DNA from: Candidatus Bathyarchaeota archaeon
Lineage (GTDB): Archaea > Thermoproteota > Bathyarchaeia > Bathyarchaeales > Bathycorpusculaceae
Assembly: GCA_963775895.1 (NCBI GenBank)
Contig: CAVZKL010000017.1
Coordinates: 171,497-235,496 of the forward strand
Direction of reading: 5' to 3'
DNA: 64,000 bases
How positions within the stretch are numbered: the first letter of the stretch is position 1; every line of letters starts with the position of its first letter. Position numbers and translations under genes: made by a program. Positions 45,101-54,648 of the stretch are shown piece after piece. Below the pieces are notes generated by a model, which saw only the letters and a program-made list of their open reading frames with translations, ran no database searches and was not told where the DNA came from.

Positions 45101-45641
45101 AACGAGCTTCTACCAGCCTGACCACGACGTGGCTGTCACGGATATTATGCCTCTGAAGACCGTCGGCGGACAAGGTTACTGCGTCAACGTGAGCGTAACT
45201 ATCAGAAATTATGGCACATTTGACGAGAGCTTCAACCTGTCAGTTTTTGCGAACTCAACTGTCATAAACCGAACGGGAACAATCCTAAGAGCCGCAAACG
45301 CAGCCGTGATGATCTTTACATGGAACACATCTGGTTTTGCATATGGAAACTGGAGCATAAAAGTCGTGGCTGACACGGTACCAGGAGAGACAAACACGAC
45401 CAATAATGTGATGATTGCAGTGTTGCTCATTCACGTTGGCTATGCCGGAGACGTTTCAGGCGCGACGCCAGGAGCCTATGATGGCGTGGTCAACATGAAA
45501 GACGTAGCCTACATGATCATGCTGTTCAACTCCAAACAAGGAGCACACAATTGGAGTCCGAACGCGGATGTCAACAATGACGGTGTCGTCAACATGCGGG
45601 ACGTAGCTATAGCCATAAGCAACTTCAACAAGCATGAGTAG
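42165..45641 (+). CDS. Extracellular C25 (gingipain-like) cysteine peptidase with NosD beta-helix, CARDB and dockerin-like modules
   Basis: Propeptide (PGEPVLP), YVLLGG, CDMYY, VGRAP, catalytic GH and GC, NLLGDP; parallel beta-helix repeats; GGNYW; HDVAV; DVN.DG.VNM.D repeats. Confidence 0.88.
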   Translation: MISAFVLIGTLTSGFSVRFLAFPNVASKLESSNSIVLKFDFCTPVIAEDVAGDSVTMSGLPEYGAPGEPVLPFKLVKALIPQGKEATHVDVTPGNRKVLGGPFKLAYGKTPMPISSNDTVLDKPNETIYDSTNPFPDSLFSDLSEQYLRGYKILLGKINPVQYVPRTGELYCFETITLTVTLKETGDVSPFFRNLPEDRELALSMLDNSEAAGTYSQTSTSMRATSTLSSNHYDYVLITSNALRSSFQPLVDWRNQNGLNATIVLIEDIMKNPNYNSNGQFGDGSGSPKFNDTQAYIRNFIKDAYANWGTEYVLLGGGDDIIPARGVYDYAGDYSGNYTDYNIPCDMYYGALDGSWDTNNDTTFGEAIYHSTGPQNGTAGEEADFFAEVYVGRAPVDTAQEATNFVDKTIAYEQSTQTAYLKKDLLIGTKLDDITEGGDGLDAVTDLVPQYTATRLYSRDGTFNSLAVIGEMNAGTHVVINDGHSNYQTVMGLSISDVDNLNNTEYFFAYSLGCYSAAFDQATSGAQGAIAEHFVFSSHGAFAYIGNSRYGWYCSGSLDGPGERYERSFFSVLNSGTRNLGKALQLSKEEEPILDRWTYFDLNLLGDPATQIVTQFSAPTAHLQTRTDLLAPPRVGGLAEILGTGRRGTATGATFSNFTIDFGLGTAPTSWATTGISLVNGGASEVVNGTLATWNTQLIAQNTYTLRLTVYDANGSIGLDRQIVQVSTNSLPAHIRADGSVDPPTAPIQRNGNLYTLTGNIYSDSEGIMIERNSTVLDGAGYAIQGSGGGGAGIYLSGMNNITVKNIAIEAHLYGVYMQQCSNNTILESNIQNNTHGIFLLESSNNSMMKNNVTNNYDGISLLSFSNNNSITMCRITGNNGNLGNGLYFYMSSNNLIYHNMFAANRIPVYDGAWDCADPELISPSINTWDNGYPSGGNYWDDYNGVDQYKGPYQNLTGSDGIGDSAYVIDMNNRDHFPLTSFYQPDHDVAVTDIMPLKTVGGQGYCVNVSVTIRNYGTFDESFNLSVFANSTVINRTGTILRAANAAVMIFTWNTSGFAYGNWSIKVVADTVPGETNTTNNVMIAVLLIHVGYAGDVSGATPGAYDGVVNMKDVAYMIMLFNSKQGAHNWSPNADVNNDGVVNMRDVAIAISNFNKHE

Positions 45642-45790
45642 AACGAGCGTCTTTTCAGGAAAACTGGAAATTTCGTAAGCCTCAAAACGTCAAATTGTAG
45701 TGCTCAAAGGCAAGTCTGCTTTACCAAAAGCCTTAAGTGTGGTCGTAATGTTATGGTTGAATCGTCGAAAAAATAGGATGTTGAATAAGA

Positions 45791-46291
45791 TTGGCAGTGG
45801 AAGGTTTTACAGGAGCTAGACAACCCGTAGACGCAAAAGTAGGCGAACTGAACCCCTCTTCAAGAGCTGTGAACGTGCTCGCAAAAGTCTTATCCAGAAG
45901 CGAAGTCAGAAACGTTGCTGCTGGAAGAGACGGAGAACCGCACAAAGTCAGCGACGCACTGGTTGGAGACGAAACAGGATGCATATACTTAACTCTCTGG
46001 GATGACAATATCGAAAAGGTCCACGACGGTGACACAGTAACCGTCAAGAATGGTTACATAAACCTTTTCAGAGGCAACATGCGCTTGAACGTTGGACGAT
46101 ATGGAACTCTGGAAATCGCTGAAACACCCCTCGCAGGAGATGTGAACACCGAAAACAACGTGTCAACGCAGGTGTACGAACAACCCAGAAGACCGTTCAG
46201 AGGCGGCCGAGGAGACTTCGGCGGCGGAAGACGGGATTTCGGCGGACGAGACAGAGACAGAAGAGGCGGCTACAGACCGAGACGCTACTAG
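45791..46291 (+). CDS. ssb: Single-stranded DNA-binding protein (single OB fold, RG-rich tail)
   Basis: VGDETG.I.LTLW, NGY...FRG...LNVGRYG; RGGR-rich C-terminus. Confidence 0.9.
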   Translation: MAVEGFTGARQPVDAKVGELNPSSRAVNVLAKVLSRSEVRNVAAGRDGEPHKVSDALVGDETGCIYLTLWDDNIEKVHDGDTVTVKNGYINLFRGNMRLNVGRYGTLEIAETPLAGDVNTENNVSTQVYEQPRRPFRGGRGDFGGGRRDFGGRDRDRRGGYRPRRY

Positions 46292-46472
46292 AAACGCCTC
46301 CCGTCTGAAGTACTTACCCCACTATTTTCTTCTCCCTCTACAAGAAAGAGTATCCTCTATTCTGAATCCGAAGGATCAAAACGTTCAGCATGTATCTTCC
46401 AGCAACGGCTACCGCAACGTTTAAAGGCTGTGCGCTAAGAACAACAACATTCCACGCAAGGAGAAAAGTTGA

Positions 46473-47858
46473 ATGTCTAAATCAGGAAACAAAGAAGTGA
46501 AACCCACAGTTGAAGAACTTCTCGCAAAAGCCAAAAAACCCGCGATGCTAGCATCACCATTACACAGGTTCTATGAAGGAAAAGTCCAAGTAATGCCAAA
46601 ATGCGCAGTGACAAGTGCCAAAGACTTCGCAATATGGTACACCCCAGGCGTCGCAACGCCATGCAAAGAAATCCAAGCCGACGTTGAGAAGTCCTTTGAA
46701 CTTACCAACCGCTGGAACTACGTTGCGGTCGTCTCAGACGGAACACGTGTCTTGGGATTGGGTGACATAGGCCCAGAAGCGGCGTTGCCCGTCATGGAAG
46801 GGAAAGCTCTTCTTTTCAAATACCTCGGCGGTGTTGACGCTTTCCCGATATGCGTCAGGACAAAAGACCCTAATGAAATAGTGAGACTCTGTGAGTTGAT
46901 TGAACCGACATTCGGCGGCATTAACCTTGAGGACATAGAGAAGCCGAAATGCTTCCAAGTGCTTGAAAAAGCACGAGAGAAACTCAGAATTCCAGTGTGG
47001 CACGATGACCAGCAGGGAACGGCCACCGTGATACTCGCAGGACTCATGAACGCGTTCAAGATAGTTGGTAAAAACCCGAAGAAAACCATAATAACACTAG
47101 TTGGCGCCGGATCAGCAAATTTACGCACTGCTTACGTACTGATAAGATGGGGAGTGAAACCCGGCAACATACTCTTAGTCGACACGAAAGGACTCGTGTA
47201 CCCGGGCAGAAAGGACATTACACAGAAGGACGATCCGTGGAAATACGAATTGGCACAGAAGACGAACGGGGAAAACAGAACCGGAGACATAGCCGCAGCT
47301 TTCAAGGGTGTCGACGCTGTGGTTGCAGCTTCGAAGCCTGGTCCAGGCACGATAAAGAAGGAATGGATAAAGACGATGGCAGACGACGCTGTGGTGTTCG
47401 CGTGCGCTAACCCGATCCCCGAGATATGGCCGTGGGAGGCCGAAGAAGGAGGGGCGCGGATAGTCGCCACAGGACGAAGCGACTTTCCAAACCAAGTGAA
47501 CAACAGTTTGGGGTTTCCAGGCATATTCCGTGGAGTTCTCGATGTAAAGGCAAAAACGGTCACTGATGATATGTGCATTGCCGCCGCAGAAGAACTCGCC
47601 AGATTCGCTGAAGAACGGGGAATGCATGAAAAAGACATACTGCCCCGCATGGAAGAATGGGAAGTGTTTCCACGTGAAGCCGTCGCATGCGCCCTGAAAT
47701 CGATTGACCAAGGGGTTGCCAGAGTAAAACCCAGTAAGAACGAACTCTACGAGAGGGCAAAGTCGATAATTCAGAACGCCCGCGAATCGCTCAATGCGTT
47801 GATGAAACAAGGACTCATCAAACCAATGCCGCCAGAAGACAAAATTCTCGGCAAGTAG
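46473..47858 (+). CDS. NAD(P)-dependent malic enzyme
   Basis: YTPGVA, VSDGTRVLGLGDIG, PVMEGK, INLEDI, HDDQQGT, ANPIPEI, GRSDFPNQVNN. Confidence 0.93.
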   Translation: MSKSGNKEVKPTVEELLAKAKKPAMLASPLHRFYEGKVQVMPKCAVTSAKDFAIWYTPGVATPCKEIQADVEKSFELTNRWNYVAVVSDGTRVLGLGDIGPEAALPVMEGKALLFKYLGGVDAFPICVRTKDPNEIVRLCELIEPTFGGINLEDIEKPKCFQVLEKAREKLRIPVWHDDQQGTATVILAGLMNAFKIVGKNPKKTIITLVGAGSANLRTAYVLIRWGVKPGNILLVDTKGLVYPGRKDITQKDDPWKYELAQKTNGENRTGDIAAAFKGVDAVVAASKPGPGTIKKEWIKTMADDAVVFACANPIPEIWPWEAEEGGARIVATGRSDFPNQVNNSLGFPGIFRGVLDVKAKTVTDDMCIAAAEELARFAEERGMHEKDILPRMEEWEVFPREAVACALKSIDQGVARVKPSKNELYERAKSIIQNARESLNALMKQGLIKPMPPEDKILGK

Positions 47859-47971
47859 AGCGCACAAATGACGCATAGGCACAAACAAAGCTAAACCCTC
47901 TTTTTTTTGCTTCGCGATTGTAGAAAATTATTTAAAGAGTTCCATAGAAGATAGATACGGGAGAAAACAAC

Positions 47972-48472
47972 ATGCGTTCAGACTACGCGTTGTACGCAGT
48001 GGCAATAATATGCCTGATCATAACTATCGCTGTAGCCGCCTACGCAACTATGAGTGCACCAAGTCAAAATCTCTGGATAATAGTACCTGCAGTTTTTGCT
48101 CTCGCCTTCATTGGGATAGGTTATACTCAAAGGCCTAGAGAAGAGGCAACCGTACATCCCATTGTCGCTCCACCTCCGCCACCTCCGAAACAACCAACGC
48201 CATTGGCAACAAGAACCACAGAAGTTGTGCAGGAGACAAAAGTAGAACCTTTGCCAGCACCAGTAGTCGAAGTCAAACCTCTATCCCTAGGACTCTTGGA
48301 CGTAAAGGGAATAAAAGACAAACGTGCACAGCAACTGAAAGCAATAGGAATAAGCACGGTTGAAGACTTGGCAAAAGCCTCACCACAAGACTTGGCTGCA
48401 AAGCTGAAGATAGCCCCGTATTTCACTGGACAATGGATAGAAAACGCCAAGAAACTTGTTCAGAAGTCCTGA
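47972..48472 (+). CDS. Membrane protein with Pro-rich linker and helix-hairpin-helix (DUF4332-like) domain
   Basis: 2 TM, PPPPPP linker, VKGI...RA..L..IGI.TVEDL...W. Confidence 0.7.
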   Translation: MRSDYALYAVAIICLIITIAVAAYATMSAPSQNLWIIVPAVFALAFIGIGYTQRPREEATVHPIVAPPPPPPKQPTPLATRTTEVVQETKVEPLPAPVVEVKPLSLGLLDVKGIKDKRAQQLKAIGISTVEDLAKASPQDLAAKLKIAPYFTGQWIENAKKLVQKS

Positions 48473-48634
48473 GAAAGGTTCGGAAGAAAAGCTCTCGACG
48501 CGAAGCAATCCAGATTCCTACTTAATGGCATCTCGAAGTGCAAACTCGCAACCTGAACAGCCGTGGCTTCATTGAGCCAAAGTTCCCCTTTTTCAAATGA
48601 ATCGTTTGGGCAGATTCGCCCGTGTGTATGTTTT

Positions 48635-48895
48635 CTATATAGAAATTCTCACTATGTTTCTTCTCTCTAGCCTTTTCAGCGCATCCAAAAATTCGCTCTT
48701 TTTCTTGCCAGTGAGTTTGAAATCTTGAATCATATCCCCCACAGGCATCCTAGGATCGCCCAGACCTGCATTTCGTCGATAGAGGTTCCTGACTATCGAC
48801 CTCTCAAGCTTGCCGCACCTCCAAGTGGTGTTACGTATCAGAATCACGATGGCTCTGACGAGCTTCTGCGTGTCACTACTGCTCTTTCCAGGCAA
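48635..48895 (-). CDS. Small basic hypothetical protein (wHTH-like)
   Basis: FLDALKRLERRNIV C-terminal helix-wing pattern. Confidence 0.55.
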   Translation of the reverse strand: MPGKSSSDTQKLVRAIVILIRNTTWRCGKLERSIVRNLYRRNAGLGDPRMPVGDMIQDFKLTGKKKSEFLDALKRLERRNIVRISI

Positions 48896-48980
48896 TTTTC
48901 TTCACAGCTACATCAGAATTATGTGGACAGAAGCCTTTTAGGGTTTGCGTTGCTAAACAGGTTTACGCAAGTGATAGTCA

Positions 48981-49406
48981 ATGCTCACAGGAAGAGTAGA
49001 AAAGATACATTTCACCCGTTTCAATGAAGACGACGACCTGATTGAATCAGTAAAGAGAGCAGCCGAAGAAAAATCCATCAAAGCAGGAGCCTTCTTCATC
49101 ATAGGAGCGTTGAAACACGTAGTTGTAGGACATTACAAAGAAAGAAAATACACTACTATCAAGTTGAACGGACACTTCGAAATAGTTTCATGCACTGGGA
49201 ACATAGCTCTCGATGAAGAAAAACAGACAATCGTTCACGCACACATCGTTGTCTCAAACGAGAAGGGTGAGACTTTTGGCGGCCACTTGTTTCAAGGAAA
49301 CTGCGTGGGTCCAACAGCGGAGCTTGTAATGTTCGAAGCCGAGGACGTTAGCCTTTTAAAAGTCTATGATGAGGCGACTAACCTCAAACTCTTGAAACTA
49401 AGTTAG
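48981..49406 (+). CDS. PPC/DUF296 domain protein
   Basis: IGAL, FEIVS.TGNI, HAH, GGHL, TAE. Confidence 0.88.
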   Translation: MLTGRVEKIHFTRFNEDDDLIESVKRAAEEKSIKAGAFFIIGALKHVVVGHYKERKYTTIKLNGHFEIVSCTGNIALDEEKQTIVHAHIVVSNEKGETFGGHLFQGNCVGPTAELVMFEAEDVSLLKVYDEATNLKLLKLS

Positions 49407-49850
49407 AGTTTTCTTCAGGCATATCCCATGAGCTTTGCCATAATAATGATCAAGCTTGCCGATGACTCTGTAGCCTAGCCGCAAATAGAGTCGGATTGCA
49501 GGTGCATTATCTTCTCTTACTTCCAAGTATAATGCCTCAACAGATTTCTTGGAAAAGATTTTCTCGATTTCATTCATCAATAGTCGCCCAAACCCTCTAC
49601 GGCGATACGACGGAACCACATCTACGGTCAACACGTGGCCATAGAACGCTTTTTTATCGACGTATATGATGCCAATGACGAATCCTACAATTTTGCCTTC
49701 CACGCGAGCAACAAGACTCACGGTGTTGTAGTCATCGAGCAATTGAGAAATCTGTTCGTTAGTGAACGCTTCCTCGTCGAAGCATTCCTTCTCGATTTCG
49801 TACAGTCTTTTCAGGTCTTTGGATCTTGCGTCTTCAAGTACTGCTACCAT
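49398..49850 (-). CDS. rimI: RimI/Ard1-type N-acetyltransferase
   Basis: V.P.YRRRGFG..L, LEVR..N..AI.LY..LGY, YY. Confidence 0.85.
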   Translation of the reverse strand: MVAVLEDARSKDLKRLYEIEKECFDEEAFTNEQISQLLDDYNTVSLVARVEGKIVGFVIGIIYVDKKAFYGHVLTVDVVPSYRRRGFGRLLMNEIEKIFSKKSVEALYLEVREDNAPAIRLYLRLGYRVIGKLDHYYGKAHGICLKKTLT

Positions 49851-49899
49851 AACATACTATCCTCAGACTGTTTCCAAGAGAGAACTTGGGCCTCGTTCC

Positions 49900-50979
49900 T
49901 TATTTGAAGCTTGTTTTCTCATCAACACGCGTAACTATGCCTTTTATGCCCAGCCATTGCATGGCGCCAAAACCGATGAAGAACCTCAACCACAGGGTCA
50001 ACAAACGCGTCAAAATTGTCACGGTCGCGCTGACAAGCCCAGGCACACCGAACGCGATGAGCAACGTCGTCAAGGTTATCTCGGGAAGACCCACCTCAAA
50101 GGGAACCCCTATAGGTATGGATTTAACGCCTACGAAGATCGAAGTTACCACGATTATTGCGACCAAGCTGATCTGAGTGTAACCGATTGACAGGAATGTG
50201 AAATAGAAGATCAGGATAGACATCAGCCATGCCACTACGGAACAGGACACTGCGATCATCAGGGTCTTGGGGGCATGAATATACTCTCTTATTGCAACGT
50301 GAAAAGCTTTGTGAATTTCGACAACTTCTTCCCGGAACGTCGCAAGCTTGACGCGTCCCCTGCTGATCCACTCCACGAATCTGATCAGACCGTCGAGCAT
50401 ACGAAAAGTCCATCGTTCTTTGAAACTAAAAGAAAGTATCAGTACGAAAAAAAGACAAATTACTGTTATCAAAAAGAGCATCAGACTGAGAAGCATGCCA
50501 TAAAGAAGACTTTGTAGAAGAAGAAACACCGCCCCCGCTAACAGCGTGCCCAGGTTTATCGCCATTCCGATCAGTCTTTGAGCCACCACGGATGCCGTCG
50601 CCCTGCCAGCAGTTCCATCTTGCGCCTTGTTCACGTAGTAGATCCTGGCAAGCTCTCCGCTAACGGATTCGGCCGGAATCAGCGTGTCAACGAATATACT
50701 TACCCACACGAGCGCAACAGACTTCGACAAGGAGAGCTCCACAGAAAGAAACCTGAGTAGTGAATACCAAGCAAGTGCGAAGAAAAACACGTCTAGCATG
50801 GATACGATCACTGCGACCATGTAGCGTTGCAGATTCACTCGACTAATTGCATTGGCTATGTCCTGGATCGGGACATTGAATATGTATACGTAGACGAAGA
50901 AGGCTACCAGACCGATTATGGGCAGGAGCAGAGTTCTCCGAGTGACTCTGTATCTTGGAACGGTCAAAACACTTCGCAC
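49900..50979 (-). CDS. UPF0104/LPG-synthase-TM flippase-like membrane protein
   Basis: W..LL, IPAESVSGE..R, ASVV.QR, P...G..E, R..T.W. Confidence 0.8.
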   Translation of the reverse strand: MRSVLTVPRYRVTRRTLLLPIIGLVAFFVYVYIFNVPIQDIANAISRVNLQRYMVAVIVSMLDVFFFALAWYSLLRFLSVELSLSKSVALVWVSIFVDTLIPAESVSGELARIYYVNKAQDGTAGRATASVVAQRLIGMAINLGTLLAGAVFLLLQSLLYGMLLSLMLFLITVICLFFVLILSFSFKERWTFRMLDGLIRFVEWISRGRVKLATFREEVVEIHKAFHVAIREYIHAPKTLMIAVSCSVVAWLMSILIFYFTFLSIGYTQISLVAIIVVTSIFVGVKSIPIGVPFEVGLPEITLTTLLIAFGVPGLVSATVTILTRLLTLWLRFFIGFGAMQWLGIKGIVTRVDEKTSFK

Positions 50980-51339
50980 CTTATCAATGAAGGCAAAGAG
51001 ACCGATACCTGCATTATATATTTTGCCAGTTTCTCGGTATTAAGAACACGTTCGCGTGAAATTCCCAGAAGGACTCGAGTACTAAACACGTTGACGCGGC
51101 CGTACGAGAATTGGACCTAGCAAAAAGCAACGTGTCGAAAAGAAAACCAAAGAAGGTGCTTCGCGGGGCAGAAAGAGAAAGAATATTCTCGTGCTAGTAC
51201 ATCGGAGGAAAAGTTTCTCGAAAATGTCCAAACGTCGCAGACAGGCGCTATCCACAGTAACTTCCTGACCTCTTTGAAGCCTTGAAATTTCTTAAATATT
51301 ACGAACGTGTGGAGTCATTGAGCAAAGGTAGAATGCGAT

Positions 51340-52371
51340 ATGTCAACGATTGTCAGAGAGATTGAACTTAAAAGAATTCATCCCTCAAAGCTCAACCCGA
51401 GGCTTGAGATGAACGTAGCCCGACTCGGTGAATTGGCATCAAGCATAAAGGAAGTGGGACTTCTCCAGCCGATTATTGTGAGACCAGTGGAAGAAGACTA
51501 TGAAGTTGTTCTCGGTGAAAGGAGATACAGAGCCTCACAACAAGCAGGACTAACAAAAATACCTACGATCGTTCGAGATTACACCGATGACGAAGTTGTT
51601 CAACTAAATCTCGTTGAAAACATTCAAAGGGAAGAGTTGAGCGCCATAGAAAAGGGGCAAGTCTGCAAATACCTTCTCGAAAATTGCGCAGACAAATATC
51701 CTTCGCAAACCTCCGTGGCGAAGAAAATAGGCGTAAGCGCCGAAGCAGTCTCACTCTGGCTGCACGCAGTCGAGATCGTACCCAAAGAAGCACAACAATA
51801 CATTGCTCCTTCTGCACTTTCTGGAGAGGTGCCAGAGGGGAAGATCGACTACTCAACAGCCGTGAAAATAGGCCGCTCAGTTGAAGAACCCGAGAGACAG
51901 GTTGAGCTGATCAAAAAGCTGGCCGAGAAGAAACTTCCGAAAAAAGATAGGACACAAGTCATTGAAAAAATATCAACGCAACCCGAAAAGAGTGTTGAAC
52001 AAGCAATCAAGGAAATCGTAGAAACACCGTACGAAATGCAGTTTGAAGCCGTTGACAAGGAGCCGCTGCTAAAGGGAATAAAAACCCAGACTTCAAGAAC
52101 AGATATTCCTAACGCGAGAGTCAAAACGGGCTCGATCGTGCGTGCTGTTGTCTGGGAACCGAACGTCGCTGATCTGCGCATAACATCAATCGAAAGGAAG
52201 AAACTCAAATATTTCAATGATGAAGACGCCAAAAGAGAAGGCGGTTACACTCTAGAACAATTCAAGAAAGTTTGGAAGAAAACCCACGGCGAATGGGACG
52301 AAGATCAACTGGTCTACGTCATTCTTTTTGAAAAACTAAACACTAACCTCCGTTCGCCCACAATTGACTGA
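51340..52371 (+). CDS. ParB/Spo0J family protein with C-terminal ASCH domain
   Basis: NPR, GLLQPIIVRP, GERRYRA, LVENIQRE.L, HTH; C-terminal GIKTQTSR ... DAKREG ... W ... VYVI.FE. Confidence 0.85.
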   Translation: MSTIVREIELKRIHPSKLNPRLEMNVARLGELASSIKEVGLLQPIIVRPVEEDYEVVLGERRYRASQQAGLTKIPTIVRDYTDDEVVQLNLVENIQREELSAIEKGQVCKYLLENCADKYPSQTSVAKKIGVSAEAVSLWLHAVEIVPKEAQQYIAPSALSGEVPEGKIDYSTAVKIGRSVEEPERQVELIKKLAEKKLPKKDRTQVIEKISTQPEKSVEQAIKEIVETPYEMQFEAVDKEPLLKGIKTQTSRTDIPNARVKTGSIVRAVVWEPNVADLRITSIERKKLKYFNDEDAKREGGYTLEQFKKVWKKTHGEWDEDQLVYVILFEKLNTNLRSPTID

Positions 52372-52433
52372 CTCGTCCTAGAGAAGAACTGTCGCGGTTG
52401 CGATTGAGCAGAAATCACTCAAACTCGGTCCCA

Positions 52434-52946
52434 TCAGACAATGTACCTGTCGGATTTCTCAAAATCCTTGACGATTTCCATAACCCTCTTCGGCACATTG
52501 ACCGCATCTAAGGGAATGCCTTTCAAAACTGCCCATGGACTCTTCATGGCCATCTGGGTTGTGACGTAATCTTCACCGAAAGCTTTCTTACACACCTCGA
52601 TCACTAGACCTCGAACGTTGACCTCTGAAACTTCGCCCAAAGCATGCAGGTACTCATGCACCAGCAAATTGTACACGAAAGCGTTGACTGTGTTCTTGTC
52701 TTCAACGGCTGTTTCAACAATCTGGATGAGAACCCTGTTCAAGACGATGTTGTTAGTGCCTATAGCATGATAAGCGCCCAGTTGGATAGGTAAATCATCA
52801 AGGAACAGCATCATGCTCCCTCGTCGCTTGTGAAAAACGAACTCCACGGTGTCCTTGACAATTTCCCAGACTTCGGCATAGTTTGCTGCATGCTCCAGGC
52901 GGTTGCGATACTCTTGCACGCCTGAAGACGGGCCCTCGTTCTCCAA
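52434..52946 (-). CDS. Putative zinc metallopeptidase-like protein (HExxH)
   Basis: LGAYH...N.IVLN, VHEYLHALG...E. ORF track extends to 53135; likely start TTG at ~52946. Confidence 0.65.
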   Translation of the reverse strand: MENEGPSSGVQEYRNRLEHAANYAEVWEIVKDTVEFVFHKRRGSMMLFLDDLPIQLGAYHAIGTNNIVLNRVLIQIVETAVEDKNTVNAFVYNLLVHEYLHALGEVSEVNVRGLVIEVCKKAFGEDYVTTQMAMKSPWAVLKGIPLDAVNVPKRVMEIVKDFEKSDRYIV

Positions 52947-53062
52947 TGTAATCCTCGCAGAAACCAGAACAAATCGCAGCTTATATGAGATACGGAGGCG
53001 CTCGTTCCAGTTGAACATTACTACTAGCGTAGGATACGCTGGTCCAAACATGTAGCTCTCGA

Positions 53063-53623
53063 TCAGCTTGCTGCCAGTGCTTTCATGAACCTCTCTTTTA
53101 CTTTGCGAGGGTTGATCTGAGTCCGCGCTGGGCAAGTTCTGTCTTTGTCGATTTTTGCGTGTATAAGAATCGGTCCTTTTGTCTTTAGGGATCGAGCGAG
53201 TTCAGATGCCAGTCTGTCCAAAGAGTCAACATAGGCACTGTATCGGAAGCCTGATATACGAGCCAAGTCGCTGAACTTGGTAGACGAGCTGGAGGTTTCC
53301 TGTCCGCCTGTTGTCTCATAGCATTCATTGTCCAACACGACTTCAACGAAATTTTTCGGTGATGTCTTGCCTATTGTTGCCAGAGTTCCGAGTGACATAA
53401 GCTGGTTTCCGTCGCCTGTGATAACAACGATCCTCTTGTCCGGTCTGGCTAAAGAGAGTCCCAGTCCTATCGCGGTAGGCAAACCCATAGAGCCTAAAAC
53501 ATAGAAGTTTCTAGCACTGTCTCCTAAGTCGAATAGTTCTCTGCTTATGAGTCCATTACAACCGATTATGTACCCTTCTTTGAAACGATTGACAATGGTT
53601 TTGACTGCGTCATGTCTTCTCAT
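53063..53623 (-). CDS. comE: Sulfopyruvate/phosphonopyruvate decarboxylase beta subunit (ComE-like)
   Basis: SREL, NFYVLGSMG, TPP motif GDG...DN..YETTGGQ. Confidence 0.75.
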   Translation of the reverse strand: MRRHDAVKTIVNRFKEGYIIGCNGLISRELFDLGDSARNFYVLGSMGLPTAIGLGLSLARPDKRIVVITGDGNQLMSLGTLATIGKTSPKNFVEVVLDNECYETTGGQETSSSSTKFSDLARISGFRYSAYVDSLDRLASELARSLKTKGPILIHAKIDKDRTCPARTQINPRKVKERFMKALAAS

Positions 53624-54139
53624 TCTACTACCCCCTTTCTTAGAATAAGCGCAACAGTGGTTTTGAGCTCCCTCATCGTTCGGTCGGCATCTGCTATTTG
53701 CTTAGCCAGCTCGGTCTTTGACAGAACGATCATGGGAATTTTCATCGTTTTGAGGAAATCTTGCATGTATTTACCCATCAGTGAGTGTTCGATGAAGTCG
53801 TTTTCGTCATAGCCGCGCCAAGAAATGATGAGAAGAATTGGAAACCTGTACAGCAAGACCAGCGAGGTCAAGGCGTCTATTGAGTTTCCGAGGCCCGAAT
53901 TCTGCATCAACACAACAGGCTTCTTTCCTCCCATGTATGCACCGACCGCGATGCCGAGAGCCTCATCCTCTCTAGTTGCAGGAACGTACCGAAAGTTTCT
54001 GTTTCTGGGATAAACATTCGATGATGCCGCCCAATATTGAACACGGAACTCCACAGAAAAAGTCGAAGCCATTGTCTTTCAACAGTCTGCAAAAACCCTT
54101 GCTTTCCGTAATGAGCCCTCCTCTGCGTCTTTTCCTCAA
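53620..54139 (-). CDS. comD: Sulfopyruvate/phosphonopyruvate decarboxylase alpha subunit (ComD-like; frameshift ~53995)
   Basis: Alternate frame gives FDFFCGVPCS, then TREDEA.G.A.G, MQNSGLGN, SWRG, EH..MG. Confidence 0.75.
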
Positions 54140-54291
54140 TCAAGTATTCAATCAAGACCACTATATCACTTAGACGGAACTAATCAAGTCTTTGCTGGTG
54201 CTTTCCAGTCTTCCCTCGCGCAACACTTATCCAATCAAGGCAACTATGTTTATCAACGTTTACTGAAAAGAGAATTGATGGAGAGAGATGC

Positions 54292-54648
54292 GTGGAGACT
54301 CTAACGATGGTTATTAGCAGTTCTCCTTATGGAGATGAGAGAATCTGGAATGCTCTGAGGTTGGCCGAAGCTTTGTCATGTTCTAGTGAAAGAGTGAAAG
54401 TTAACATCTTTCTGATCGGCGACGCTGTGAACGCTGCGAAGAAAGGGCAGAAACCTGCCAAAGGTTTCTACAACATAGAGAAAATGCTTTCAGACCTCCT
54501 TAGGGTAGGCGCAGACGTCAACGTTTGCCACACAAGCATGAATCTGAGAGGATTAGCTGAACAGGACTTGGTCAAAGGAATAAGCGTGGGCACGATAACA
54601 GGTCTTTCTAAGTGGATTGAAAAAAGCCAGAAGATTCTGTCTTTCTAA
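54292..54648 (+). CDS. DsrE/YchN family protein
   Basis: PYG.E...NALRLA, FL.GDAV, C......RG. Confidence 0.85.
   Translation: METLTMVISSSPYGDERIWNALRLAEALSCSSERVKVNIFLIGDAVNAAKKGQKPAKGFYNIEKMLSDLLRVGADVNVCHTSMNLRGLAEQDLVKGISVGTITGLSKWIEKSQKILSF

Noticed and set aside
46200-46291. GGC/AGA low-complexity tandem pattern
   Set aside because: Encodes the RG-rich SSB tail; not a CRISPR array or DNA repeat.
51048-51063. parS-like sequence ACGTTCGCGTGAAATT upstream of ParB-ASCH
   Set aside because: Only about 10 of 16 positions match the bacterial parS consensus, and it is a single copy.
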